Below, in pieces: positions 15,497-16,950 of a stretch of 16,950 nucleotides of DNA. The stretch's first letter is position 1, and each line of letters starts with the position of its first letter. The stretch is from a bacterium. GTDB taxonomy: Bacteria; Babelota; Babeliae; Babelales; JABCYS01. The notes under the pieces were generated by a model. That model searched no databases and had not been told where the DNA came from. It saw only the letters and a program-made list of their open reading frames with translations. The DNA is taken from NCBI GenBank assembly GCA_027452085.1, contig DAIDHG010000003.1:1-16950 (forward strand), in the 5' to 3' direction. The translations under genes were made by a program, and so were the position numbers.

Positions 15497-15529
15497 CTAG
15501 CCGTGAGAATTTAAAGCGAAGAGATGTAA

Positions 15530-16950
15530 ATGATCAAAATTGCACTATGCACTTTTTTATTTGTAGTCAGCTGCCCATTATTATCCATGCATACCGAAAG
15601 CGATTATGCGATAGTGCTCAGCGGCATGCAACCCAAAGCGATTCCGCGCAAGCTCAGCCAATTATCATGCAATGAGCAGACTATTGAAAATTTGACGGTA
15701 TTTGCTGTTAATTCTCGTACCGCTTTTTTGATCAGAAAACTCAATGAGCAGCAGTCACAGCTCATAATCACTGCGGAAAATGAAGAAGCATTTCGGTTGG
15801 GCAACTATGGCATTGTTGCGCTTGGTATGAGCAATGGGAATTTTACTGAGACGGCATACACCGCAAAAGATCTTTCTTGGCTGGCGCTGAGACCGAATGA
15901 TCGCGAATGCACCGCAACGCCCATGTCTTCAGCAGGACCTGTCGCGCAATCTGAGCGAGATTGGTGGATTAAATTTATCACCGTCAATGCCGTGATGAAT
16001 GCCTGCAAGGCGCAATCTATAGATCGAATACATGCCAATATGCGCGACTTAATACGCACCAATTGCCCATTATTTAATAGTGTGCACCACGTTGATATAC
16101 CACATGAAAATGCGCTGCGTTCATTAGAGGGTATGGTGCCCTGCTACTTTGAAAAACTTTCAGCAGCAGAAGAAAAGGAAGCGGCTGCTCAAATAGTAAA
16201 GCCGATAGAATCATTCAACCTCATGGCAGGCCCGCGCTGCATACTGCTCAATGGGCTAAAACCGAAAACATTACGCCATGCGCACCATCAAAATCGCCGG
16301 GCTGGGTATGCATGCGATAATCATACTGCGCACGATCTGCATTTTTTGGCACTCGATCATGAATATCTTTTACCATTTAGCGGTACGATGGGCGACTCAC
16401 GCCAACCGCCCTTCTTTGAATACGTGCTCATCGCTGCTCAAAGCAAAGAGCAGTATGATGCGGGCAACTTCCAAATAGTCTTATTAAAAAAACCTGATGC
16501 GCATGATTGGCACTACGCCTCCAAATATAGTCGGCCACAGGAAGACCATAAAAACACATGGAACAAAGAAGATATTGAAGAAATTTCACGCATGCCCATT
16601 GTTCACAGCGGTGCTCAATGGATTAAATATACAAATCATGGGGCTGGACCTTTATTTGAACCTGTGTTACGTGCTGATTGGACAAAGTTTGCAAAAATAG
16701 ATTGGTGTGTGCTTGAAGAGCTCAAACAATGGAAAAAATCACTTTCCGATCGCTTGGCCCCGCTTAAAAAAGCAGCGGCTGATGCGCCCTTGTTTTGTTG
16801 TATAAATCAATCAATGCATCCATATCAAGCTGCATTCATCAATACGCGCTATGCCAATGAAATAAGTCATCTTGAAGGTTTGGCACAGATTTGGATGGAA
16901 AAACGAGCAGTACCAAAAAATGGTATCCTTGCAACGCTTTCATTAGCAAG
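15530..16950 (+). CDS. Large hypothetical secreted protein, 3'-truncated by the window (at least 473 aa)
   Basis: Manual translation from ATG 15530 (MIKIALCTFLFVVSCPLLSMHTESDY..KRAVPKNGILATLSLA) has no stop before the window end. Signal-peptide-like N-terminus. Absent from the ORF track because it lacks a stop. Confidence 0.88.
   Translation, partial: MIKIALCTFLFVVSCPLLSMHTESDYAIVLSGMQPKAIPRKLSQLSCNEQTIENLTVFAVNSRTAFLIRKLNEQQSQLIITAENEEAFRLGNYGIVALGMSNGNFTETAYTAKDLSWLALRPNDRECTATPMSSAGPVAQSERDWWIKFITVNAVMNACKAQSIDRIHANMRDLIRTNCPLFNSVHHVDIPHENALRSLEGMVPCYFEKLSAAEEKEAAAQIVKPIESFNLMAGPRCILLNGLKPKTLRHAHHQNRRAGYACDNHTAHDLHFLALDHEYLLPFSGTMGDSRQPPFFEYVLIAAQSKEQYDAGNFQIVLLKKPDAHDWHYASKYSRPQEDHKNTWNKEDIEEISRMPIVHSGAQWIKYTNHGAGPLFEPVLRADWTKFAKIDWCVLEELKQWKKSLSDRLAPLKKAAADAPLFCCINQSMHPYQAAFINTRYANEISHLEGLAQIWMEKRAVPKNGILATLSLA

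Noticed and set aside
300..16700. Many 60-123 aa ORFs overlapping the main genes (e.g. 300-671, 783-1082, 4724-5089, 8025-8324, 9784-10119, 15805-16062)
   Set aside because: They are antisense or alternate-frame shadows of well-supported CDSs, with no recognisable motifs.

Overview
Bacterial chromosomal window of roughly 45% GC by eye. Housekeeping genes (MerR-type regulator, murC, the minus-strand ffh-rpsP-trmD-rplS cluster without rimM, and hflX) are interspersed with many orphan proteins. About 11 of 19 CDSs have an N-terminal signal-peptide-like sequence, including an LRR protein, a serpin-like protein, a lipoprotein, small Cys-hairpin paralogs and glycine-zipper proteins. This layout suggests an intracellular, protist-associated bacterium such as Candidatus Dependentiae/Babelota (TM6); that is inference, not a database result. 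Two CDSs are missing from the ORF track because they run off the window edges: a 3' fragment at 1-144 ending KPRQKKSCPSCVIM* (a Ras-like CaaX prenylation tail) and an ORF of at least 473 codons starting at 15530. The most notable observations are the CaaX tail, tandem secreted CX6C-X18-CX6C miniproteins, a diverged second copy of the ffh 3' end between ffh and rpsP, four phased 18-bp direct repeats upstream of ffh, a TrmD-Tm1570-type double-SPOUT fusion, a long hairpin where rimM normally lies, and a short secreted serpin-like protein. No tRNA, rRNA, CRISPR array or transposase was recognised.
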